A stretch of 64,000 nucleotides of DNA from Pristiophorus japonicus (taxonomy: Eukaryota): the NCBI RefSeq assembly GCF_044704955.1, contig NC_091982.1:23746001-23810000 (forward strand), written 5' to 3'. The position numbers and the translations under genes were made by a program. Positions 63,385 through 64,000 of this stretch are shown one piece after another. Under the pieces are notes generated by a model. It saw only the letters and a program-made list of their open reading frames with translations, did no database searches and had not been told where the DNA came from. Position 1 is the first letter of the stretch. The number at the start of each line of letters is the position of its first letter.

Positions 63385-63816
63385 GTTTTCAGAATAGTTT
63401 CTCTGTATCTATACAATGGAATCTCTTCATCATTTTAAACACCTCAATTGCATCACCTCTCAACATTCTAAACTCAAGAAAATACAATTTACGAAACCTG
63501 TCCTCATAATGTAACCCTTTAAACCCTGGTCTAATTCTGGTGGATCTGCGTTGTACCCTCTCCACGACCAATACATCTTTCCTCCGGTTCAGTGCCCAAA
63601 ACTGAATGTAGTGCTCCAGATGAAGTCTGACCAACACTCTATCTGATTGAAACATCACTTCCTCACTTTTTTGTATTCCAAACCCCCCTTGAGATAAATA
63701 TCACCATTCCACTTGCCTCTTGATTACTTATTGTATCTGTGCACGAGCTTTTAGTGCTTTGTGTAGATGAACACCCAAATCCCTTTGCTTCTCCGCAGCT
63801 TCTCCTAGCCTCTCAC
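63385..63816 (-). mobile_element. Old CR1 ORF2 fragment
   Basis: ORF 63389-63658 HLEHYIQFW...ERVQRR...LEFRMLRGD. Confidence 0.85.
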
Positions 63817-64000
63817 TGTCATGTATGTAACCTTCATGTAACTGTAACCTTCATGTAACAACACTGTACACTGTATACACCTAAGAAATGCACACCTTGA
63901 CCAGATGGGGGGGAACTTGTGGGAGACATTCCTCACCTGGTCATCCAGGTATATAAAGGGAGGTCCCACGCAGGGTCAGCACTCCTTGGACCTGTGAATA
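63817..64000 (+). repeat. LTR of the element-A family, cut by the window end
   Basis: Starts TGTCATGTAT; AGAAATGCACACC and GGGAGGTCCCAC.CAGGGTCAGCACTCCT blocks match the reverse complement of 2427-2695. Confidence 0.9.

Noticed and set aside
1-64000. Prokaryotic systems (CRISPR array, operons, retron or defence loci)
   Set aside because: No regularly spaced repeat-spacer array and no dense intact ORFs. All RT, integrase and endonuclease motifs belong to decayed eukaryotic retroelements.

Overview
Eukaryotic, repeat-dense vertebrate DNA. The repeat families suggest a cartilaginous fish (shark-like); this is inference. I found no intact cellular protein-coding gene, and the ORFs I can assign are decayed transposon frames or their antisense shadows. 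Contents: four degenerate Ty3/Gypsy LTR retrotransposons of Mag-like type (1-2695 -, 14746-19340 +, 29773-31138 +, 58739-62901 -), three with a tRNA-Ser(GCT)-type PBS and one with a decayed version; four further LTRs (two solo LTRs with TSDs, two truncated); many CR1 LINE fragments, one nearly full length with an SGNH-esterase ORF1; a second CR1-group LINE ('family B'); RTE LINEs and a bipartite RTE-derived element; PIF/Harbinger-type MITEs and a Myb/SANT relic; Penelope-like inverted-repeat relics; old SINEs; and one variant tRNA-Gly(TCC) gene at 7219-7290. Most worth follow-up: (i) a family-B LINE with a tRNA-derived Pol III head and triplicated anticodon-like arm; (ii) a duplicated 74-bp segment with H/ACA-snoRNA hairpin geometry; (iii) a Gypsy family with fixed TG...TA ends; (iv) CTCF-like motifs in two LTR families; (v) an ~11-kb stack of nested insertions with an unexplained inverted-repeat-bounded insert. 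All alignments were made by eye; boundaries without a stated TSD or TIR are approximate.
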